17,438 bases of DNA, taken from assembly GCA_046262595.1 (NCBI GenBank), contig JBHEMM010000022.1, forward strand, positions 1 to 17,438, in the 5' to 3' direction. This document shows positions 7,651-16,034 of the stretch, one piece after another; within the stretch, counting starts at the first letter, position 1; each line of letters begins with the position of its first letter. The notes below the pieces were generated by a model, which was given only the letters and a program-made list of their open reading frames with translations, made no database searches and was not told the DNA's origin. Both the position numbers and the translations under genes were made by a program. This stretch comes from Vulcanimicrobiaceae bacterium. Its GTDB lineage: Bacteria > Vulcanimicrobiota > Vulcanimicrobiia > Vulcanimicrobiales > Vulcanimicrobiaceae.

Positions 7651-10115
7651 TAGCCGGCCACGATGTTGAGCAGCTTGTCCGGAACGAAGATGCGCTTGCG
7701 GACCTGCTTGCCGTCAAGGTGCGCGAGCACGCCCGGTTCTTGCATCGCCCGCTCGAAGGCTGCGTCCTCGGCGATGCCGGGCGAGGCAGCCAAACGCGCG
7801 CGGACCTTGCCGTTCACCTGCACGACGAGCGTGATCTCGTCGACGCTTAATGCGGCCTCGTCCGGTTCGAGAAACGGCTCGAGGTGGACGGAGGACGCAT
7901 GACCCATGCGCTCCCATAGCTCCTCGGCGATATGCGGTGCGAACGGCGCGAGCAGCAGAGGCAATGCATGAATGGCGTAAAGCACGGCCGGCGCGGCGCC
8001 CTGGGCGGTAAGTCCCGTCAGCGCGTTGAGCAGCTCGTCGAACTTTGCTATCGTGGCGTTGTAATGGAACCGCCGCGAACGCGTTTCGTCGACCGCCGAT
8101 TTGGCCGCGATGTGCACGGCGCGCAGCAGCGCCTTCTCAGCTGCAGTTCCGGCAACGGGGAGCGTTCGCACATCTTGCGATCCTGCCCGCTCGAGATGCG
8201 GTTCGCATGCGCGCCACACGCGCGCGATGAAGCGTACGCGCCCGCTGATGCCCTCGTCGGTCCAGTCGCTCGTATCCTCGGGCGGCGTGACATAAAGCAG
8301 AAACAGACGCATCGCGTCCACGCCATTCGTTTGCGCCGTCTGATCGATGCCGACGACGTTGCCGCGCGACTTGCTCATTTTCTCGCCGTTATACAGCACC
8401 ATGCCTTGGTGAAACAGGCGACTGAACGGCTCGTCACCGGTTCCGGTCCAGCCTTCGTCGTGGAAAAACTTGTAGAAGAAGCGCGAATACAGCAAATGCA
8501 GCACGGCGTGTTCCGACCCGCCGATGTATTGATCCACGTTCATCCAGCGTTGCGCGCTTTGCGGATTCCACGGCGCCGTTTCGAGCTTCGGATCGAGGTA
8601 GCGCAGATAATACCACGACGATTCGAAAAACGTGTCCATCGTGTCGCTTTCGCGGCGCGCGTCCTTGCCGCAAGCCGGGCACGGCACGTTCATGAACGCG
8701 GCGTCGCGCGCCAGGGGCGATCCCTCGCCTGTGATAGGCACGTTCTGCGGCAGCATGACCGGAAGCTGATCGTCCGGAACCGCAACCTGGCCGCACGCAT
8801 CGCAATACACGATAGGAATCGGCGTACCCCAATACCGTTGGCGCGAGACCAGCCAATCGCGGATGCGGTAATTCACTTGGGCTTCGCCCGTGCCCTCCGA
8901 TGCTAAGCGTGCCGTGATGGCGGTTCGCGCGCGCGCGCTGGACATGCCGCTGAAGTCGCCGCTTGCAACGAGGCGTCCATCGTCGAGATATGCTTCTTTG
9001 AGCGGTGCCGTAACCGGTTCGCCAGAGGGCGAGATCACTTGCGCGACGGGCAAACCGTGCTTGCGCGCAAAATCAAAATCGCGTTCGTCGTGGGCGGGAA
9101 CGCCCATGACGGCGCCCGTCCCGTATCCGGCCAGCACGTAGTTCGTCACCCATACCGGCACGCGCTCGTGAGAGAGCGGGTTGATTGCAAACGCGCCCGT
9201 GAATACGCCTTGTTTTTCCATCAGGCTGGTGCGTTCGAGTTCGGACTTGGAACGCAAGCTTTCCGCAAACGCCGTAACCGCCGGTTGGTGTTTATTTGTT
9301 ACGATGCGCGCGACCAGAGGGTGCTCCGGCGCGACCGCCAGATACGTCACGCCGTAAACCGTGTCGATGCGCGTGGTGAACACGGCGATGCGCTCTTCAC
9401 TGTTTTCAAGCGCGAACGAGAATTGTGTTCCCTCGCTGCGCCCGATCCAGTTGCGCTGCATCGTCTTTGTGCGTTCCGGCCAGTCCTTGAGTTTTTCGAG
9501 ATCGTTGAGCAGCCGCTCGGCATAGGCGGTGATTTTCAAGAACCATTGTGAAAGATTGCGGCGTTCCACCGCGTGGTCGCAGCGCCAGCAGCGCCCGTCG
9601 ATCACCTGCTCGTTGGCGAGCACGGTTTGATCGTTGGGGCACCAATTCACCGGAGCCTCGCGCTTGTACGCCAAACCCTGCTCGTAGAGCCGCAGAAAGA
9701 GCCACTGATTCCAGCGGTAGTATTCCGGTTCGCAGGTTGCAATCTCGCGCGACCAGTCGTAGCCGGTCCCCATCAGCCGCACCTGACGCTCCATGTTCGC
9801 GATATTTTCGCGCGTCCAGACGTTCGGATCGGCGCCTCGCTGGATTGCCGCGTTTTCCGCCGGCAGACCGAACGCGTCCCAGCCCATAGGGTGAAGCACG
9901 TTGTAGCCGAGCATTCGCATCATGCGCGCGACGGCGTCGCCCAGCGTGTAATTTTTCGCATGGCCGACATGCAGATCGCCCGAGGGATAGGGCAGCATTT
10001 CGAGCACGTAATACTTTTCGCGCGCGTCGTCGTCAAGCGCGCAAAAGATTGCGTCCTGCTGCCAGCGCGTCTGCCATTTCCGTTCCGCAGCGCGAAAATC
10101 GTACGTGTCCGCCAT
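7650..10115 (-). CDS. leuS: Leucine--tRNA ligase
   Basis: 821 aa. MLPYPSGDLHVGH (HIGH), GWDAFGLPAENAA, CP1 editing motifs FTTRIDT and GTGAVMGVPAHDERD, RQRYWGTPIP, DTMDTF, KMSKS, C-terminal VQVNGKVR. Confidence 0.99.
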   Translation of the reverse strand: MADTYDFRAAERKWQTRWQQDAIFCALDDDAREKYYVLEMLPYPSGDLHVGHAKNYTLGDAVARMMRMLGYNVLHPMGWDAFGLPAENAAIQRGADPNVWTRENIANMERQVRLMGTGYDWSREIATCEPEYYRWNQWLFLRLYEQGLAYKREAPVNWCPNDQTVLANEQVIDGRCWRCDHAVERRNLSQWFLKITAYAERLLNDLEKLKDWPERTKTMQRNWIGRSEGTQFSFALENSEERIAVFTTRIDTVYGVTYLAVAPEHPLVARIVTNKHQPAVTAFAESLRSKSELERTSLMEKQGVFTGAFAINPLSHERVPVWVTNYVLAGYGTGAVMGVPAHDERDFDFARKHGLPVAQVISPSGEPVTAPLKEAYLDDGRLVASGDFSGMSSARARTAITARLASEGTGEAQVNYRIRDWLVSRQRYWGTPIPIVYCDACGQVAVPDDQLPVMLPQNVPITGEGSPLARDAAFMNVPCPACGKDARRESDTMDTFFESSWYYLRYLDPKLETAPWNPQSAQRWMNVDQYIGGSEHAVLHLLYSRFFYKFFHDEGWTGTGDEPFSRLFHQGMVLYNGEKMSKSRGNVVGIDQTAQTNGVDAMRLFLLYVTPPEDTSDWTDEGISGRVRFIARVWRACEPHLERAGSQDVRTLPVAGTAAEKALLRAVHIAAKSAVDETRSRRFHYNATIAKFDELLNALTGLTAQGAAPAVLYAIHALPLLLAPFAPHIAEELWERMGHASSVHLEPFLEPDEAALSVDEITLVVQVNGKVRARLAASPGIAEDAAFERAMQEPGVLAHLDGKQVRKRIFVPDKLLNIVAG

Positions 10116-10126
10116 AGGGTTTCTGG

Positions 10127-10132
10127 GTTATA
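10127..10132 (-). promoter_or_regulatory. Candidate -10 element (TATAAC) for a short-leader leuS transcript
   Basis: Minus strand reads ggTATAACccagaaaccctATG, with 11 nt between hexamer and start and no SD. No clear -35. Confidence 0.35.
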
Positions 10133-10189
10133 CCTGTTTTTGAGCGCAGGCCCTTTCCGCATGGCGCTTACGCGTGAACGAGCGGTGCA

Positions 10190-10801
10190 ATGAAATTTGC
10201 GTGGATAGCAGCTGCCGCAGCCGCGGCGATCGCGCTCGCGGCGTGGCACCCGGCCGGTAAATCTGCCGGCGTCACGATAACCTCACGCGCGCCGGCACTT
10301 GCGCCGCGGTCCGCCCGGGCACGCCGCCGCACGGTGTGGAGCGGCGATATCGTCGTTTATGTGGCGGGTGCCGTGAGAAATGCGGGTCTCTACCATGTAT
10401 CTTCCGGTGCGCGGGCCGATGACGCGCTTCGTAAAGCGGGCGGTTTCGCTCCTGAAGCGGATCGCGCGGCGATCAATCTCGCGCAGCGCTTGGCAGACGG
10501 CGACGAGGTGCGGGTGCTGCGCGTTGACGAGCGGACGCCGCGTCCGCTTGCCCGGCGCTCCTCGCGCAGCACCAAGCGAACCGCGCAGCCTGCGCCGGCC
10601 GCTCTGAACGTGAACAGCGCCGATGCGCGCACGCTCGAATTGCTGCCCGGCATCGGCCCGGCGCTAGCCGAGCGCATCGTTGCGTTCCGTCACGTGAACG
10701 GTGATTTTCAATCGACGGACGAGCTGCTCGACGTCGCAGGCATGACGCAGCGGCGCTTGGATGCGCTTAGCCCGTATCTGACGCTGCATGATGGCCCATA
10801 G
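10190..10801 (+). CDS. comEA: Competence DNA receptor ComEA (SLBB + helix-hairpin-helix)
   Basis: 203 aa. N-terminal hydrophobic anchor, IVVYVAGAVRNAGLY...INLAQRLADGDEV (SLBB), LNVNSADARTLELLPGIGPALAERIVAFR...DELLDVAGM (HhH). Confidence 0.93.
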   Translation: MKFAWIAAAAAAAIALAAWHPAGKSAGVTITSRAPALAPRSARARRRTVWSGDIVVYVAGAVRNAGLYHVSSGARADDALRKAGGFAPEADRAAINLAQRLADGDEVRVLRVDERTPRPLARRSSRSTKRTAQPAPAALNVNSADARTLELLPGIGPALAERIVAFRHVNGDFQSTDELLDVAGMTQRRLDALSPYLTLHDGP

Positions 10802-10822
10802 CGCGAAGCGAAAGGGTCGTGC

Positions 10823-12604
10823 GTGCAGACCCTTCCCCGACTTATCCGTGACTCCTTAAAAGAGCCGCGCGAAACCGTACTGGCCGAACGCTCGGGCCAG
10901 GGGTGGAGGACGGTGTCCAGCGCGCAGCTGCTCGAGCGTGTCGAATCGCTCGCGTGCGCGATCCGGGATGCGGGCTTGGCTGCCGGCGAGCGCGTTGCGC
11001 TCATTGCTGCCGACAGCGTCGACTGGATCGCCGCCGATTTTGCAACGCTGTTTGCAAACTGCGTGGTGGTTCCGGTGTTTCCGACGCAGGCTCCGGATCA
11101 AGTTGCGTTTATACTGCAGAACTCGCAGGCAAAACTGATCTTCGTCGATACGGCGGCAGCGGCGCAGCGCCTGCGCGATCTGGGAATTCCCTTGCCGCCC
11201 ATCGTCGTGTTTGCCTGCGCGCGTGAGCGTTCGCTGCAAGCGTTCGAGGCACGCGGGCGCGTCGTGCGTGCGGCGCATCCGGAACAACCGGGGACGTTCG
11301 AGCGCGAAATCGATGCCCAGGCGATGGCGGTCTTAATCTATACGTCGGGCACGACCGGCGAACCCAAGGGCGTCATGCTCTCGCACGCAAATTTGGTCTG
11401 GGATGTCGAGGCGACGTTCAGCCAGGCGTTCAGCACGCTCACGAAAGGTTCGCGCACCCTTTCGGTGCTGCCGTTCTCGCACATTTACGAACACTGCGTG
11501 ATCTACGGCTACCTTTTTTCGCGCGCCGAGCACTACATCTCTCACGGGGTGGACGAGCTGCTCGGCGACTTAAAAGACGTCCGCCCGGTCATCATGACGG
11601 CGGTCCCGCGCATCTTCGAGCGGATGATTGCCGGCACCACGGCGAAGGCAAAAGCGCACGGCGGCTTGCAAGCGAAGTTGGTGCCCTGGGCGCTTGCCGT
11701 CGGCCGCGACTACATGAGCGCGAAAACGCGCGGCGTACCGCCCGCAAGGCTCCTGCGCGTGCAGTTCTTGCTCGCCCGCGCGCTGGTTTTGAAGAAGCTG
11801 CGCCCACTGCTCGGGCTCGACCGCTTGCGCTTCTTTGCCAGCGGTTCGGCGCCGCTGCATTTCGACACGGCGATGACGATGCTGGGCGCCGGCATACCCA
11901 TTGTCGAGGGTTATGGGCCCACCGAATGTTCGCCCGTCATTACCGCAAATACGTTTGCCGGGAACCGCTACGGGACCGTCGGCCGTCCCATACCGGGTGT
12001 CGAAATACGCACTGCTCCCGATGGTGAAATTCTCGCACGCGGCCCGAACGTGATGCTCGGGTACTACAAAAACCAAGCGGCGACCGATGAAGTGCTTCGG
12101 GACGGCTGGTATCACACGGGCGATATCGGCGCGATCGATATGGACGGATTCTTGCGCATCACCGATCGCAAAAAGGAGCTTTTCAAAACCTCCGGCGGAA
12201 AGTTTATCTCGCCCGCACGCCTCGAGGCGGCGATCAAACGATCGGTCTACGTGAATCAGGTCATGCTGGTGGGTGATTCCCGGCCGTATCCCGCGGCGCT
12301 CGTTTCTCCCAACTGGGACCTGGTTCGGGGCGAGCTCGGCATCGCAAAGGACGTTCCGGCCGCCCAAATCGCGCGGCGCAGCGACGTGCTGCAGTTCATG
12401 ACGAGAGAAGTGCGCGCGTACACGGCGGACTTCGCAAAGTTCGAACAAGTGCGCAAGATTGCGATTCTGCCGCGCGAGCTCAGCGTGGAGGACGGCGATC
12501 TTTCTCCGACGCTCAAAGTACGCCGCCGCGTCGTCGAAGCGAAGTACGCGCGCGAGATCGGCGCGCTGTATGCCGACGCGCCGCCGGCAGCAGCCGCGGT
12601 TTGA
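10823..12604 (+). CDS. Long-chain fatty acid--CoA ligase (AMP-dependent synthetase)
   Basis: 593 aa, GTG start after AAAGGG. IYTSGTTGEPKGVML, LSVLPFSHIYE, EGYGPTE, GWYHTGDIG, ITDRKKELFKTSGGKFISP, LSPTLKVRR. Confidence 0.95.
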   Translation: MQTLPRLIRDSLKEPRETVLAERSGQGWRTVSSAQLLERVESLACAIRDAGLAAGERVALIAADSVDWIAADFATLFANCVVVPVFPTQAPDQVAFILQNSQAKLIFVDTAAAAQRLRDLGIPLPPIVVFACARERSLQAFEARGRVVRAAHPEQPGTFEREIDAQAMAVLIYTSGTTGEPKGVMLSHANLVWDVEATFSQAFSTLTKGSRTLSVLPFSHIYEHCVIYGYLFSRAEHYISHGVDELLGDLKDVRPVIMTAVPRIFERMIAGTTAKAKAHGGLQAKLVPWALAVGRDYMSAKTRGVPPARLLRVQFLLARALVLKKLRPLLGLDRLRFFASGSAPLHFDTAMTMLGAGIPIVEGYGPTECSPVITANTFAGNRYGTVGRPIPGVEIRTAPDGEILARGPNVMLGYYKNQAATDEVLRDGWYHTGDIGAIDMDGFLRITDRKKELFKTSGGKFISPARLEAAIKRSVYVNQVMLVGDSRPYPAALVSPNWDLVRGELGIAKDVPAAQIARRSDVLQFMTREVRAYTADFAKFEQVRKIAILPRELSVEDGDLSPTLKVRRRVVEAKYAREIGALYADAPPAAAAV

Positions 12605-12963
12605 ACCACCCGGTCGACGAGGTCCTCAAGGGACCGATAAAGAGCAAGACGGTTTTTCCCGCACTGATCCTGCACTTAGTGAAAGCGCAGCCCGACCACG
12701 GATACGGACTGATGCAGCGAATCGACTCACTGTGCGGCGGCCTTATAGCCGTCAACACGAACAAGATTTACCCGCTGCTCCGGCGCCTGGAAGAGCGCGG
12801 GTTCTTGTCGGCCGTTTGGGAGAATCCGCAGAAACGCTCGCGCCGCATCTACCGCATTACGCCCGAAGGCGACGCTCGTCTGGATCGCATCAAAAGCGCG
12901 ATGCTGCCGTACCTCAATGCCATCTCGGAGGCAATCGACGATCTGCGACGGGAGCTTTTTTAA
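12601..12963 (+). CDS. PadR-family transcriptional regulator
   Basis: 120 aa, TTG start overlapping the upstream TGA (TTGA). LILHLV...HGYGLMQRI...IYPLLRRLEERGFL...W...RRIYRITPEG is a PadR winged-helix pattern. Confidence 0.9.
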   Translation: MNHPVDEVLKGPIKSKTVFPALILHLVKAQPDHGYGLMQRIDSLCGGLIAVNTNKIYPLLRRLEERGFLSAVWENPQKRSRRIYRITPEGDARLDRIKSAMLPYLNAISEAIDDLRRELF

Positions 12964-12971
12964 ACCAGCGC

Positions 12972-12977
12972 TAATAT
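12972..12977 (+). promoter_or_regulatory. Candidate -10 element (TAATAT) of a leaderless transcript for the first S10 peptidase
   Basis: TAATAT lies 6 nt upstream of ATG 12984, and there is no SD in the 20-bp gap; this spacing is typical of leaderless genes. Confidence 0.4.
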
Positions 12978-12983
12978 CGCGTT

Positions 12984-14507
12984 ATGGACGTTCGAAAAAT
13001 GCTTTCTTTACTGTGCTTGGCGTCACTGCTCGCCGCGTCTCGCACGGCGCCTTCACCCTCACCTTCGCCGCAGGCGCCGCTTCCGAACGCAAGCGGCGAT
13101 GCGGTAACGCAGCACAGCGTGACGATCGACGGCAAGGCGTATGCCTATTCCGCCCGCGCCGGCGTGATAACGCTTACGAACGCACACGATCAGCCCGCGG
13201 CAAGTGTCTTTTATACGGCATATACGGTTGAGGGAGCAAGCCGCCCGGTAACGTTCGTTTATAACGGAGGCCCGGGCAGTTCGACGATGTGGCTGCGCAT
13301 GGGCTCGTTCGGCCCGGTGCGCGTACAGGCGGCGAACGCTCAGCCCACCGGCCCGGCGCCGTACCGCATCGCGGATAACCCGCACAGTCTGCTCGACAAG
13401 AGCGACTTGGTGTTCATCGACATGCCCGACAGCGGCTTCGGCCGCATTGCCGCCGGGCATGAAAAAGAATTTTTCGGCATCGATCAAGACGCGGCAGCGT
13501 TCGGACAGTTCATTCAGCGATACCTCACGCAGTTTCACCGCTGGAACTCTCCAAAATTTTTGTTCGGCGAAAGTTATGGGACGACGCGTTCCGGTGTGCT
13601 TTCGAAATGGCTTTTCGATCACGGCATCGCCTTAAACGGCATCGTGCTGCTCTCTTCCATTCTGAACTTCGGGCTGGACTACGGCAACGGCGAGCCCAAC
13701 GCGAACGGCGACTGGCCGTACGTGCTCTACCTTCCAACCGAAGCCGCGACGGCGTGGTATCACAACAAAGTGCGCAACAAGCCGGCCAGTTTGAGCGCGT
13801 ACCTCGACGAAGTGGAACGCTTTGCGATGGGCGCGTACCTGGATGCGCTCTACCAGGGCAATCATTTGAGCGCGCGCGATCGCAATGCAATTGCGGGACG
13901 GCTGGCGGCATATCTGGGCATTCCGCAGACGTACGTGCTCCAGTCGAATCTGCGCATTCCGTACGACCGTTACCAGCGCGAGCTGCTGCGCGGACAAGAC
14001 GTCGTCTTCGGACGGCTCGATTCGCGGTATACGACGTATGCGCTCCACCCGTCTTCGAACGAAGGGCCGCCGTGGGACCCCACCGACTCGTCGATCGATG
14101 CGCCGTACACGACGGCGATCAATGCCTATCTGCGTGACGATCTCAAGTATGAAACGCCGCTGCAGTACCGCGCGAACATTTACGATATTATTTATGCGCA
14201 CGGACAAGAGGGCTGGGACTTCGTGCACGACCGCCATACGCCGGCCAACGTCGCGCCCGACTTGGCGGAAGTCATGTCTCAGAACCCGGCGATGAAAGTG
14301 TTTTCCGCGAACGGATACTACGACTTCGCCACGCCGTTCTTTGCAACGGTGTACACGCTGCGTCACCTCGAGATAGCGGCGCCGCTCCAGCAAAACATCA
14401 GCTTCGGCTTCTATGAATCGGGACATATGGTATATCTGAACGAATCGGCTCTGGGTCAATTCAAAAGCGATCTTTCGCGCTGGTACGACAGCGCGACGAG
14501 ACGCTGA
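12984..14507 (+). CDS. Secreted serine carboxypeptidase, peptidase family S10 (copy 1)
   Basis: 507 aa. Signal peptide plus PSPSPSP linker, YNGGPGSST, catalytic Ser in FGESYG, Asp in GYYDFATP, His in YESGHMVY. Confidence 0.93.
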   Translation: MDVRKMLSLLCLASLLAASRTAPSPSPSPQAPLPNASGDAVTQHSVTIDGKAYAYSARAGVITLTNAHDQPAASVFYTAYTVEGASRPVTFVYNGGPGSSTMWLRMGSFGPVRVQAANAQPTGPAPYRIADNPHSLLDKSDLVFIDMPDSGFGRIAAGHEKEFFGIDQDAAAFGQFIQRYLTQFHRWNSPKFLFGESYGTTRSGVLSKWLFDHGIALNGIVLLSSILNFGLDYGNGEPNANGDWPYVLYLPTEAATAWYHNKVRNKPASLSAYLDEVERFAMGAYLDALYQGNHLSARDRNAIAGRLAAYLGIPQTYVLQSNLRIPYDRYQRELLRGQDVVFGRLDSRYTTYALHPSSNEGPPWDPTDSSIDAPYTTAINAYLRDDLKYETPLQYRANIYDIIYAHGQEGWDFVHDRHTPANVAPDLAEVMSQNPAMKVFSANGYYDFATPFFATVYTLRHLEIAAPLQQNISFGFYESGHMVYLNESALGQFKSDLSRWYDSATRR

Positions 14508-14516
14508 GGGATGCGT

Positions 14517-16034
14517 ATGAAACGTTTAGAACGGGCCCTGGCCTTCGTTGCCGCAGCCGCGCTTCTTGCCGCCGCGCCGAAGCCGCAAACGATATATATC
14601 CCGCCCGCGCCACCCGACGGGATTTCCCATGGCGTAAATCACGCGGGCGGCCAAACGATTCCGTACACGGCGCGCGCCGGCACGATTACGCTGCGCAACC
14701 CGAACGACCAGATCACCGCCCGCATGTTCTACGTCGCCTATACGAAGGACGGCGCGAGCGCGGAACACCGGCCGATCACGTTCTTCTACAACGGCGGGCC
14801 GGGCAGCTCGACGATCTGGCTGCGCATGGCCTCGTACGGGCCGGTCCGCGTGGCACTCAAGAACGGCCAGGCAACGCCGCCCGCACCGTACACGCTGCTC
14901 GACAATCGTGAATCGCTGCTCGATAAAACCGACGAAGTGTTCGTCGACGCGCCGAACACGGGGTACAGCCGCGTTTTGGGCTACGGCAAGCCGGCCGACT
15001 TCATCGGCGTCGATCAGGACGGGCGTGCGTTCACCCAGTTTATCCAGCGTTATCTCACGCAGTCCGACCGGTGGAATTCGCCGAAGTTTCTCTTCGGCGA
15101 AAGCTACGGCACGACGCGCGACGCCGTGCTCGTGAACATGCTGCAGGAATCGAACATTCAATTCAACGGCGTTGTCTTTCTTTCGGCCGTGCTGAATTTC
15201 GGTCTCACGGGCCTTGACGGGTTCGAGCCGATCGGCGGCGGCGATTGGGCGTACGCGCTCTATCTTCCGACCGAGGCCGCAGTCGCGTGGTATCACCACC
15301 GCGTTGCGAACCGTCCGGCGGATCTCCATGCGTTCCTCAATCAGGTCCAGCGCTTTGCAGCCGGCGAGTACCTGCATGCCTTAGCGGCGGGCGACATGCT
15401 CACGCCGTACGAGCGCGATCGCACCATCGCGCAGCTGCACCGCTTCACGGGTCTTTCCGAGACGTATTTGCGCGACGCGAAGATGCGCGTTCCGTATTAC
15501 GATTTCCAAAAAGAACTCTTGCGCAGCGAAGATCGCGTCGTCGGGCGTTACGACGGCCGCTATTCGCTCTACGATCAAGATCAGATCGGCGACAACACCG
15601 GCATCGATGCCTCGGACGTTGGCATGAACAGTGCCGTCGTTTCATCCTGGAACGGCTACGTGCGCGGCCGCCTGCACTACAGCACGAACTCCGAGTACCG
15701 CCCCACGGCGTACGGTCCCGTTTTAGGCGCGCGCTGGGATATGCATCACAACGGGCAGCCGCCGCCGCTCAACGTGGTTCCGGATCTGGCTTCCGCGATG
15801 TCGCAGAATCCAAACCTCCGCGTTTTTCTGGCGGGCGGTTACTACGATTTCGCCACGCCGTACTACGCCGCGTATTATACGTTCGAACACATGGACATCG
15901 CGCCGCAACTGCAGCGCAATATCACGTACGGTTTTTTCCCCTCGGGACACATGGTGTATTTGAATCCGGCTTCGAGAGTCGATTTCAAGGCCGTGCTTTC
16001 ACGCTGGTACGACGGCGTTACTTCGATCCGTTAA
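14517..16034 (+). CDS. Secreted serine carboxypeptidase, peptidase family S10 (copy 2)
   Basis: Track ORF 14511..16034. ATG 14517 is better spaced from GAGGG (14506-14510). Signal peptide MKRLERALAFVAAAALLAAA, YNGGPGSST, FGESYG, GYYDFATP, FPSGHMVY. Confidence 0.93.
   Translation: MKRLERALAFVAAAALLAAAPKPQTIYIPPAPPDGISHGVNHAGGQTIPYTARAGTITLRNPNDQITARMFYVAYTKDGASAEHRPITFFYNGGPGSSTIWLRMASYGPVRVALKNGQATPPAPYTLLDNRESLLDKTDEVFVDAPNTGYSRVLGYGKPADFIGVDQDGRAFTQFIQRYLTQSDRWNSPKFLFGESYGTTRDAVLVNMLQESNIQFNGVVFLSAVLNFGLTGLDGFEPIGGGDWAYALYLPTEAAVAWYHHRVANRPADLHAFLNQVQRFAAGEYLHALAAGDMLTPYERDRTIAQLHRFTGLSETYLRDAKMRVPYYDFQKELLRSEDRVVGRYDGRYSLYDQDQIGDNTGIDASDVGMNSAVVSSWNGYVRGRLHYSTNSEYRPTAYGPVLGARWDMHHNGQPPPLNVVPDLASAMSQNPNLRVFLAGGYYDFATPYYAAYYTFEHMDIAPQLQRNITYGFFPSGHMVYLNPASRVDFKAVLSRWYDGVTSIR

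Noticed and set aside
10116..10189. T-box riboswitch upstream of leuS, or a shared comEA/comEC upstream box
   Set aside because: The 74-bp gap is too short for a T-box and lacks its consensus. Similarity to the comEC upstream region (TTCCG...CGCGT...CGAGC) needs gaps and is weak for GC-rich DNA.
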